From contig OZ260661.1 of the NCBI GenBank assembly GCA_965285935.1, positions 107,756,001-107,820,000 on the forward strand: 64,000 bases of DNA. The letters are read 5' to 3'. Source of the stretch: Ophelia neglecta (taxonomy: Eukaryota). Of this stretch, positions 15,601-27,600 are shown piece after piece (position 1 is the first letter of the stretch; every line of letters starts with the position of its first letter). The translations under genes and the position numbers were made by a program. A model generated the notes under the pieces. The model did no database searches. It had not been told where the DNA came from and saw only the letters and a list, made by a program, of their open reading frames with translations.

Positions 15601-18600
15601 TGAAGTAAGATCATCCATTTTATAGCCTTATAACTCATATATGTATCATCTAAGCCCTCATTACAGGTTATGTTTATGCTATAACTAAAGTCAAGTTTCA
15701 CTGTTCCCACAAGTTTTTCGATGATCTCTTGTATAATAAGAATTTTATCATGAGCAGGAAATTTGAATTTTGTGGATCTTATTTCACCATCTATTTTCGA
15801 TGGGAAATATCTTTGCTGTAAGTGCTGAGAGTGGTTTGCTACAGAAATAAGGGTATAATTTAGGGTAATGACATAAAGAAAATATATTTAAGGAGGAAAG
15901 TTTTGCGAATTTGGCGATCTGGCAACATTTTCATCTGCTTATAAAAATTTCCTGGTTTATGGAAAAAAAAATTAAAATTATGTGACACTGAAGCATACAA
16001 ACTAATTCATGGTGCCAAATATTAGATACATCACTGTCAGTAGTGGCACAAACCCTCCAGCTATGTTTCCAATAAGTATTCTCAAAATGATAAGGTGCTG
16101 TGTCAACAATATTAATAATGAAACAGACATGAAAGCGATAGGTAAATAGTATTGTACTATATCACACATGGAAGTCATATAGTTTCATTTAACTGTCTGT
16201 ACAGTTTCATTATATTTATTAATTATTTAGTTTATTAATTTATTTGTTATCAGTGCAGTATAGGTACATGTTAATCTAATTAGATGGTAGAGTATAGTGG
16301 TATGAATACATTTTTATTTTATTTTCCCCCAGGCTTCTGTCACAGCATTAGACAACACAGGCAAAGGATTACTACACTATTGTGTGGAGAATGAATCTAC
16401 TAATGTTGCGGAAATGGTGCTTAATATAGACAAAAGCCTTGTGGATAACAAAGATTCTGAAGGCTATTCTGCTCTTCAGTTGGCCGTTATCGCATCTAAT
16501 ATTCCTATGATAAAATTTCTCCTTAAGAATGGAGCAAGTATTAAGTCTGTGGATGGTGAAGGGCATAATGTGGTTCATTGGGCTACAGGTCAGTAGAAAT
16601 TGAAAAAACAGATGCTTGAAATGATTGTGACTGAACATGTAATTTGTCCTACCGGTAAATAGAATCTAAACAAACAAGTGCTGGTCAGCCTCTGAACCGA
16701 CTAGAAGTCCCCTTATTATCACCGTGTGTCACTCAGAAATGAAAAACGAAGCTGGGCACACTGGGTGTATGATCAATACCTCCTCCAACTTCCAATCACT
16801 TAAGATGCCTATCAACCTGAGTTTGACAAAATATCATCTTATATCTTCCCTTTGCATTTGGCATTATTATATATATTTGCATTGGTAATCAAAAATTAAA
16901 CAGCAAACATAAAGGGAAAGCAGCTCCTTTTTACCCCCCCCCCCCCCCCCCCCCCGCTAAAAAATCGAGAATGATACTTAATTTCAATGAACATAATTTA
17001 ATTGTTTCCCAATAAATGGATGAAATTAATTTCAGTGTGTGGACATGTTGACCTGATCGACTTATTGGAGTCAGAGGGGGCAGCACTGTCAAGTCCAGAC
17101 ACCCACAAGGCATTCCCTCTTCATTATGCTGCCCAAATGTGTGGAACAACAGGCGAAGGCACAGACCCCAAAGTAGGACTGAAAATGCTCAATAAGCTTC
17201 TTTCTAAAAAATGCAATGTTGACTGCAATGACCAGGATCTACGAACTCCCTTACTGTGGGCTGCCAGCTCAGGTGAGCAAGCTTTATGTAGAATGCATTG
17301 CTGAAAAACGTCTGCCTTTAAAATACTGAACCTAAAACTTATGGCTTTGCAAGACTTGAGTTTATTAAAATGTATGAATTATCATGCTGATTTACCCTTT
17401 TAAAGGTAGCAGTGAGGCATGTGAGGTGTTACTCAAGGGAGGTGCCAATGTGGAGTCATCAGACAAAGATGGACTCACAGGTATAAATATACATTTAAAA
17501 GCACTTGTCTTACCGTAAATTAAATTGCTCAAGGAAACAAGGCAGGGTAACAGGCTGACATTGTGTCATATTTTGATAAGCTGTATACATGTATATTGAT
17601 TATGTCACAGGAACATCCCAGTTAGAATGTCTGTAACCTATAGTAACAGTTTCTCATAGGCGTATGTAATTTAATGTGGAAATATCTCAGAATCACCTTA
17701 GTGGGAACATCATAACATCAAGTGAAAACATAAGAGCAGGTGATAATGTAATAATTTGATATAGGAACATAATCTTTTCAATCCAGTATATAAAATAACG
17801 TTAGATTTTAACCTAATAATAGAACTTGCTTACATAACGTCAAAATCATTTCCTTAATGCTCCATAGTCCATATATACAGATATTCAACACTTATTACAC
17901 TTCAATAAATTATTTCTAGTAGTATATATACTATATAATACTGTATTATTTCCTCATAGCACTGCACTGTGCGGCATCTAGAGGCCATTCTAAGTGTATA
18001 GAAGTTCTAGTCAAGAAGGGTGCTCATATGGACTGCACAGACAAAAATGGCTGTACTCCCTTGTTCTATGCAGTCACACTTGGACATGTGGATTGTGCTA
18101 AAGTACTCCTTAACAAGAAATCACACCCAAGTCACCAGGACAAGAAAGGCAGAAGGTTAGTCTGGTTTCTGTTCCCTAGTCCTAAAATGGTGTTATTCCA
18201 CCTGTAGACTATGTTGGCGTTAGAAATGTTTGATAAAATTTATAGTGTTTTTTTAATGTTTTTTTTAGCCCTGCACATTGTGCAGCTGCCAAGGGTTCAA
18301 TAGAATGTTTGCAGTTGCTCAAAGATAAGAAAGGAGAACTTTGGCTTCCTAACCTAAAAGGAGAGTGTCCAATTCATGAAGCATCACTAGCAAAACAAAA
18401 CGGTAAACTTTTCTATAACATTATTACAAGCATAAATTACCTTTATTTTTGGCTTAAATTAATTGACTGGAGTATGTCTTCATATAATATTTCACTTAAG
18501 TATTGTTTCATACATGTAAATCATGGAAAGGTAAGCTTTGAACAAAGTTTTTGGAACAGACATGTCATAAAATGCACATATACACATGTATATATGAAAA

Positions 18601-21600
18601 TGTACAAATTTATGCATTGAACAATTAGTGGTTTCTTCCCTGTTAACATGTCTATGCTTTCATAACAGACACAGTCCAGTGGTTACTGCAACAACCTCAG
18701 GATGCAAAGAAATATTCTGACCTTGGCAACCAAGATGAAAGAACCCCTATACACATTGCAGCGCTCACAAACAATTTACAGCTATGTAAAATACTTTTAG
18801 ATAATGGAGCAAAGATAAATCCTCTGATGCTGAACAAGGTAAGTTTTGCAGGTCAGGCATCCATTACATTTCTTATAGCTTAACTCCTGTTTATTTTTTA
18901 TGAAGCAGACATATATTGCTTTGACTGGCCTTTATTTTATTTTACAGGGAGTTAAGCTTACACCTTATGATGCTGCATTATTGAAAGAACACAATGAAGT
19001 TGCTGAATACTTGAGAATAAAGGGGGCAAAAGAGGCTACTAAAGTTTCTGAAGAATTAGTTGGAGAACAACCCGAAATGATTGAGAAAGAGAAACATAAA
19101 GCTGAAAAACCAGAAGAAGAACTTCTGGAAGGACCTCCAGCAGAAGAGAACACAACTAAGGAAGAGTCAGTTGAGGAAGAAAAGGACAAATCAGATAAGG
19201 AAGATGAAGATAAAGAAGAACAAGGGGGGAGCCAAGAGATAACACAGAAAGAGGATACTGAGGAACCTGCAGAGAAGGCAGAAGTGAAGGATGCTAAATG
19301 CAAGGAGGAAAACCAAGACCCTGCTAACCCTGCTAAGGACCAAGAACATGTATCATTGGGAGCGGAAGAACCAGAAGAAAGAGTCCTAAAGAAAGATGTT
19401 GAATCAGAAGCTAAGACTTCTGATGAAACACCTGACAACCAACCAGAAAATGTGTTGGATGAGGAGCCGGAACAGACTGAATTAATTAATAAGAAAGAGG
19501 AAGAACAATCCCCACAGACCAGCAGAAAAGAAGACCTGATCAAACCAAATCCCCCTGAAGAAGTTGGAGAAAGTTCAGCACAGCAGGACACTAACAATGA
19601 AGAAAATAGAGAACCACCTGAGCCTTCAATGGATGACGACTTACCGCCAAAATCAGTTGAAGAAAATATATATACTCCCTCTAATCAAGAGGAAGGCTCA
19701 GAGACAGAAGAGGAAAGTGGAGAAGCAAAGTCTGCAGATGAACATGAAAATGAAGAACCATCACAGGAAGTAGGTGAAAAGGAACAGTCTCAATCGCCAA
19801 GTGAGGACAGTGAGGAAGCTACTCCTTCAGTTACAGAGGAAGACAAAGGAGAGAAAATTAATGAAAAACCTATCCATAATGGAGAAGATGATGTTCCTGC
19901 AGTGGTTACAGCTGCTGCAGTGGCCAATGTTACTGCTGGTGATAAACAAACAAAGGTCACACAAAAGAAGAAGGATAGCAAAGAGAAGAAAGAGGAAAAA
20001 AAGATACAAGTCAAGAAAAATAATGATCCAAAAAATCAAAAGAAAGGTGAAGCCAAGGCAGCAACAGAAAAAAAGAAAAAGATGCTACAGCAAGAGAAAC
20101 CAAAAGAAAATGAAAAAAAACCTACAAAAGAAACAAAAAAAAGCAATACACCCTCTGTATCTAAAGGCGAGGAGACTTCTGAAAAAAAAGAGAAACCAAA
20201 GGGTGGGCATAAAGAAATATCAAAGGTTGAGAAAAATGACCCAGAACCCCACCTTCAGAAAGAATCTGCTGCAGGTCCTAGTAGGGTGAAAGATGAGCCA
20301 GTGACTCCTGCAAAACAGGTTCAAGGCGGTGATAAGCAAAGTGGAATTAATCCACCTCCAAAGAAACCAAATGCAAAGGAAGAGAAAGCAAGCACTACAA
20401 AAAAGATCAATAGTGAAGGACAAAAAAGTGCCAAGAAGGAAGATTCAAGCAAAGTTAAGAAACAAAATGGAGAGAATGAGAAAAGATATTTAAAGGAACC
20501 AAAAAAAGTGGCGAATAAACCAAATGAAAGTGCCTTAGATTCGGGAAAGAAAACTGTGACAGATATTCCGCAAAATGGCTCCAGGGAGGCAAATGAGAAA
20601 GACGAGGGGAAATTAGTTAATGTCAAGAAAATAGATAAGCCAAAGGATAGTGTTCAGAAAGTGTTGCCAGAAAAGAAAACTAAACAAGCCAAACCTAGTG
20701 ATTCAGAGGAGACAAAAACAGAAAGGGACAAATTACCATCACAGAAAACAAGTGAAAAGAAAATGCCACAGGAAAAGGCACCTGCAACCACAAGTAATGA
20801 CAATGATCAAGACAAAAAGAAGACTGGTAAAGTGCAAAATAAGCCTGAGGTACCAAGACAGATAACTGCAAAGGAAAGTAAAGGCAATAATAAGGAAACC
20901 AAGCCAAAAGTCCCTAAGAAAACACTTTCTAAAGAGGAGGTTCCAAAACAGATAACCGAAAAGGAAAGTAAAGGCAATGGAAAGGAAACCAAAGTAAAGA
21001 GCCTTGAGAAGACACCTTCTAAAAAGGAAGCAACAAAACGGGTAACTACGAAGGACAGTAAAAACAATGAAAAGGAAACCAAACCTAAGAGCCCAAATAA
21101 AACACATAATAAGGTGGAACAGCTGTACACCAAAAGTTCTGATTCAATTGATTCCCAAATTGAAGAAAAGGAAAAGGAGCCAGAGAAAAATATTTCTGTA
21201 CCTAAAAAGATAACACAACCAACCAGTAAGTCTATTAAAAATGAAAACCAAAAAATTGTTGACAAGGAAAAAACTGCCGAACCTCAACAAGTAATATCCA
21301 AAGAAAAGGGAAAAGACAATCAGAAACAGAAACGCCAAGGAAGCCCCCCAAAATTAAAAACTGATAGGGATAATTCCAAACCACTGACAGAAAATACAAC
21401 TCCAGGACCCAGTGCAGACCAACAGGAAATAAAACAGGACAATTCAGTTAAAAAAAGCAAAGGCCCAAATGCTTCCACTGCTGCTACAGCTAGCAATGGT
21501 ATCAGCCCTCCTTTCAGTCCAATTGAGAAAACATCTATGCCAAACAAATCTCCCAAAAAAGAAAGGGAAAAATTGAAGAAAAAAGAGACAGAAAAATTAG

Positions 21601-24600
21601 TTAAAGAAAATAAAGAGGTGCATGTCCAAAATAAGGAAAAAGAGAAACACATAGAAGTGCTACAAAAGAACAACAGAGGACAAGAGGAGGAAGAAGATAA
21701 AAAGGAGACAAGGGAGGATAAAAAAATCAGACACAAGTCAAAAAAAGAAATTACCAAAAACAAACATATAACATCTAATGCTCAGGAGAAATTCAATGCT
21801 ATTGGAAAGGAACAGTTCCAGAATGATGCAGACAGAGAAAAGCTATTGCAAGACCCTGAAGAACCAACCCCTGAGCAACAGCCTAGGAATAAGAAAAAGA
21901 GAAAATCTGCTGATCGGCGAAATTCCGCCAGCAGACGGAAGCTTCCTCCAGAATCTCAATCTGACTCAGAAACTGAGCAAACAACTCCTGTGAAAATGGC
22001 GACCAGGAAGAGAAGTCCACTACCACCATCTCTCTCTGACAAACAAAAGTCAGCCAAAGAGGACCCCAACGCTACTGACCCTGATGATTGGGAAGATTTC
22101 AGTGAGCCTGATATCGATAATGAAGAAGTAAAACCTACTAAAAGTGCTAATTCACTGAAACATCCCAAATCAAAAGCATTTGAAAACAAAAAGGTCCAGC
22201 GAAAAGGAGCAAAACCTATTGCATGGACCAACCCACATCAAGATACTGATCACCGTGAGCCTAAAAGTGCTACAGTTAGGAAACCTGTGAATCATCAATC
22301 AACAAAGCCAAGGCAGCCAAAATGGGCAGATCATGTGACACATGATGAGAGTGAAAGTGAATATTCTGATGACAGTGAGGAACCTCCTGAGAGGCCATTT
22401 ACTACAGGCAGAAGAACAATTCAGAGGGATATTTCTCCCAGGCGGAAAGCGGACAGGGAGGCCAGACCAATGACTGTGGCTGTTGCAGATCGTAACAGAA
22501 ACCATGAGTACCCAAAGAGAAAGCTTGCTTATGGCATGACGCCTACAGTCTCCAATCTGAGAAGAAGCAAGACACAGCCACTAATTGAATCACGCAGACA
22601 AAAGAAGAGGGCAGAAAGGAAACAGAAGAAAAAGAGAGAACAAAATGCAAAGACCTATGGATTAAGTCGAGAAAAAACGGAAGTAGATAGTAGGCCTGTG
22701 ACTCATAAAGGGCGGCCAAAAGGCAAAGTCAAAGTACGAAAAATGCATTGTAGGAACTATATCCAAGAGTTTGTGAGGATCTTCGAAACCAAGAAATTAG
22801 CAACGCAACAAATACACCGGAATAAAAGGTTGCAGATAAATAACATGTATAGGGGTGGTATGAGTGAAAAAGGACTTGTGAAAAAAATGACCGGGGAGTA
22901 CAATTCAAAAGCCAGGTACAAACAACAGGCAAATGATGACGAGTTCGATGATGTTCAAACATGGGAACAATATCTTCATGGTGAGTTCCAAAATATATAC
23001 TGTAAACTGCATCTTTCCAAAGTACATGTATATGGCATATGATCTGTAAAATACACTTTTTTTTACCTACCAGTATAATTCACTGTATTTAAACTGGGTG
23101 GTTTAATAAATTGTATATGATTTTAGAAACAATACATCAGGCAGATGAGGATGAAAAAATACTTAAAAAGAAAAAGGATCTAGTAAGTATTTCGAATTTT
23201 GTTACAGTGTATTTAATTGTGATAAAGTGGTTTTCAGTGGATATAACTTTCTACAAGTAGATCTGTATACATGTTTGTGATAATTAATTATAATATTCCA
23301 TGGTTAATTTTCTTTGTACTGCTCACTTGTTTATTTAGAACTTTCAGCTAAACTTGTCAATGACCTGTTTGGCTGTCTACACCGCACAATCCCAGTATGA
23401 ACCGTAGATCACGCATGAGTGCATTCATGCATGCAGTTCTGCATCTTCATGCTTCAGAGTATCAGTACCGTAAATCTTGAAGCTCCTTCCCCTTAGAATA
23501 GTGAAAACCCATAGTCTCCTTCCTTCTAAACATACCGAACATCATTCTTTTGCATGAATTGTATTATACTATTTTTGTCTGAAAAACATGGAATCTATGA
23601 AGCACCAAGCACACATGTTTTTCTTGGCTATGTATATATGTTGTCACAACTTCAATCCCACTCACTGTCTTGTTGTAATCACTACAGTATATGGATCACT
23701 ACAGTATATGGGAATGTCGCTATGACAACTTATTAATATTCTTTTTCTTCATACTAGTACTTTTCACAGGTTGAAGTGTTTGATCCAAATGATCCAAAAG
23801 GTGATAAAGATACTGATAAAGGGGATTCCTCCAAACAAGCCCCCCTGTGGACAGATGGCTTCATCCGCTCCACAACAAACGATGACAGCAACGCTCAGGG
23901 AAAGACAAGCGATCAAAGGAAGAAGGACCTGCAAGCCGCTAAAGAATATGAACATAGAAGGAAGTTGAAAGAGGAGGAATACAATCGCAAAGTCCGAGAC
24001 GCCTACAAGCCCATGCTCCCATTTGAATTGCAACAGGATCTAAGTGAGTATTTTTTTCTTGTATTTTCTTAAATTATTTAATTAATTGGCATGTTTTGTT
24101 GGAGGTGATAATCCCTAGATGTTCATTAAACTACCCAAAAGACAGTAACACATTGAAGTTTAGATATGGAAAGAGGACCTTTACAGAGGACCTTACAACA
24201 TTTCTGATGTCCTCACAAATTTGTAATATGTATTCATGAAAGTGAAACTTTTTTTCAATAGAAATAGGCAAGTTATGGCTTAAATTGATGATGACACAAG
24301 GTACTATGTCAAGGTTTCTGGTCAGTGTCCTTTTTCAAGACCTACATATTGTTGTGACCTGGCAGAATATCACAAACTCTGCCATAAGTAATGGCACAAG
24401 TGCATCTACTGGGGGGTAAGATTCTTACCTGGAGACCTAAAATAGCAAGGTCCGTCTGCAGCATTGAGGGGATTACAGAATTAGTCTTCTTAAAAAAGAA
24501 GGAACATGGCAGCAAAAACAAAATACAAGCTTCCCTCATAGGCTATACAGCAGGAACTGCCGGCAGCCTGGCAAATGATAACAAAAAATAGTGAGAAGAA

Positions 24601-27600
24601 CCACTGGGAGGACCTCAGAATTCAGCAGGAAAAGAAATTCACTGATGGGTCATACGTTTGAGTGTAGGCTAATATAATTCTAACCCTTTTAGCCCAGTCG
24701 TTTGACAAGTTTTGAAAGCCACTTGTCCATGAAAAACACATGACAATATTTTCTTTCATGTACATGTTCATGTAGGTAAAAAAATCCATTAATAAATTCA
24801 TTTCAGCAACATGTGCATACCCTATTATCAGCTAATCTGAGCATGATTTTTTATTTTCAGGAAAAATGTTGTACTTTCAGCTCAAGCCATTTAACAGTTA
24901 AGACTTTAAGAACAGTTAAAAAGCACACCTTCAAGATATGCACAAACTAATTGGCTGCTGAACATGCACACTCCAATTTCAGGGGTCTACACTAACTTTT
25001 CTCAGCACTTGCCCGAGGGCAAGTAGCACCAGGAAACTACTTGCCCGCACCATAGGCTCACTGTCCCAAAATTATTTGTACATAAAGAATATACAAGATA
25101 TCCAACAATCGGCGATTTGGGGAATTTTAGCAGGTTGCCCGGCGGGAAGTTAGTAACTAAAACCTTTGTGTCCGCAAGCAGATTTGAGGTGCCCCGGGAC
25201 GTCGGGCAATAGTTAGTGTAAACCCCTGCAATTTTGGGCTAATACATTCATCTGGGGCCAATAATTTTGGGATGTTGGTAGCCAATTTTCAATAATACCT
25301 CAGATTTGTTGATTTACATCACTAATTATGTAGCAAGCATTGAAACAGCTGACAGGCATCCAAAAACAAATCGAGCACTATTGGACACTGGTATTCAATC
25401 AGAATCAAATCTGCATGGCGGCTTAAGCTGTATGCCTAGGGTGGGAACAAACTGGACAAAAATAAGCCTTTTTATTTGTAACTTTAACTTAAGCTTAGGG
25501 AAGTTCTGTGTGCAAATTTCAACAGGTGCTTAAAAGAACCAGTGACTTTTAACTGGGAGTATTAGCATTGATGCTACTGATATTGCACAACAATGTAAGT
25601 TAAAAGAAAGGTAAACTGATTTTTTTCATGTTGCAGATGCTATAAAAATGCAGCAAAAACAAGGTACATCTAATGAGAGTTACCACTCAGATAGGGCCAG
25701 TTCACCTCATGGTAGCAATACATCACTACTACCTAAAATCAGTCCCGAACCTGTTCAACATATGGCGAAAAAGAACCGATCTTATTCTGATAGGCCCAAT
25801 GGATCATCCACTCCCAATAGCAGACTGGTCAATGGCAATGTTCATAACGGGGAGAGTGGTTCTGGAGGCAGGACTGGACCACCACCTTTGTTTACAAAAC
25901 CCAACAAAGGCACACCAAGAGGTTAGTTCTAAGATAAAATTGTAATTATGCCAAATAACTTTAAAAATCAACCATCTTTTCGTCTAAATACAACATTTTT
26001 CTGTACATGTAATGTAGAAGTGTGATTTTGCTTCAAATTTGCTATTAAAGTTATATTAAACAAGCTTTAATTATATATCATTTGATTTGAGTGTTATGAT
26101 TTGCTTTCTTTATTTTCAGTTTGTTTTATAATGCTTAAAGCTTCTGTTGCTACATGGCTTGGCAAATTAAGAGCAATTAGCTTGAAGTACCTATTTGTTG
26201 CTGATTAATCATCTTATTTCTAATTAGTATTTATTATTGACTGTTTTAATTTGCATTTTGCATGACCCAGTGGTCTACATAAATCATATGTGCTTGAAAT
26301 ACCACATGTCCAGTAGAATTAATTCTTAACGCCCTGTGATTTTCAGATAGTCATTATCATCGACAAAATACAAGGTAAATATGGAATAGATTTTTGATAA
26401 ATGCACACAATTACAAAACACAATTTTAAATGCACACTATCTTTAATTTTTACCTATCCTTTTATTTTCATTGTACTATGGTATTTGTCAACATGTTAAT
26501 TGTAGCATGAAAATCGAATGCTTTGATTGAACATAGATGGAAATCTTATAAGAATATATTACATAAAAATGAGAACACTCTTTCATTAGAACTTTTTATT
26601 TTTTATTTTATGATTTAAAAAAGATTTTAAACGAAAACTGCAACTCAAACACCTGTTCCACTTGGTATGATTTTTTCTTATTTAAAGGTTACATTAAAGT
26701 AATCAAATATATCTATAACATAATAGCAAGCACACTTTCTATGAAATATAAGCCTTAGTGCTACCCAGTCAAAATATTTGTTTTATTATATAATTAAGCT
26801 GGTGCAGTAGGCTTCAAGTTCATGGATGATTGGTCAGATTTAAAAGTAAAATGGCCTTCTGCGACTACTGAATTCATTGTGTTTTGTGTATTAAACCTCA
26901 AGTCATACCAAGTACTACTGTTTCCTCTTCAACATAAAAAATCTTTTTAAACAAGATATGCACATATCACTGTTGTTTTGTGATGCACTTAAAATGGCTG
27001 TATGTTAAGCCAGTGAATACACCAAATTATTTTGTTTGCCTTTAGTTGATTTATTACTATACACTATGTATTTATTATATGTTCCGTTTTAATATTCATA
27101 GAGTTAAATCGGCTGTATTTTAAGAGGTAAATTATTTATCTTGTTCAGCGGGTTGTGGATAATATACCGGTATATTTAATTCTACCATGTGCATGATCAG
27201 GCTAACTTGATTCTTCAGGCAACAGGTTTGGACCCAAAAAAACTATTGACAACACTGCCTGCCACAGTTAACCCATTTAATAAATAAATATGTGAAACAT
27301 TAACTTCTAACAATATATTATTTGACCATTAATCCCTAACTTATTCAATATTTTCTCATTGTATTTTCACAACTAGTGTGGATGTACTAGTTCTTCCAAG
27401 CATTGTTGAAGGTACTAAGCAAACAGGGTGGTGTGTAAAGTGACTTTTGAGTGTTTCGCCACTAACATGGACAATTCCCAGCCAGCTTGGTTAGCCCAAA
27501 TTAGTATATTTTGCATATAAATATTTGATCAGTTCTTGTATTATATTTGTGGTGATGGGATCAAATCTTTATATACCTGTGTGCTATGAAAGTGGAGTAT

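Noticed and set aside
18965-22962. Numerous minus-strand and alternate-frame ORFs (S/F/L-rich) overlapping the giant exon
   Set aside because: Shadows of the A-rich, low-complexity plus-strand coding exon; no independent signals
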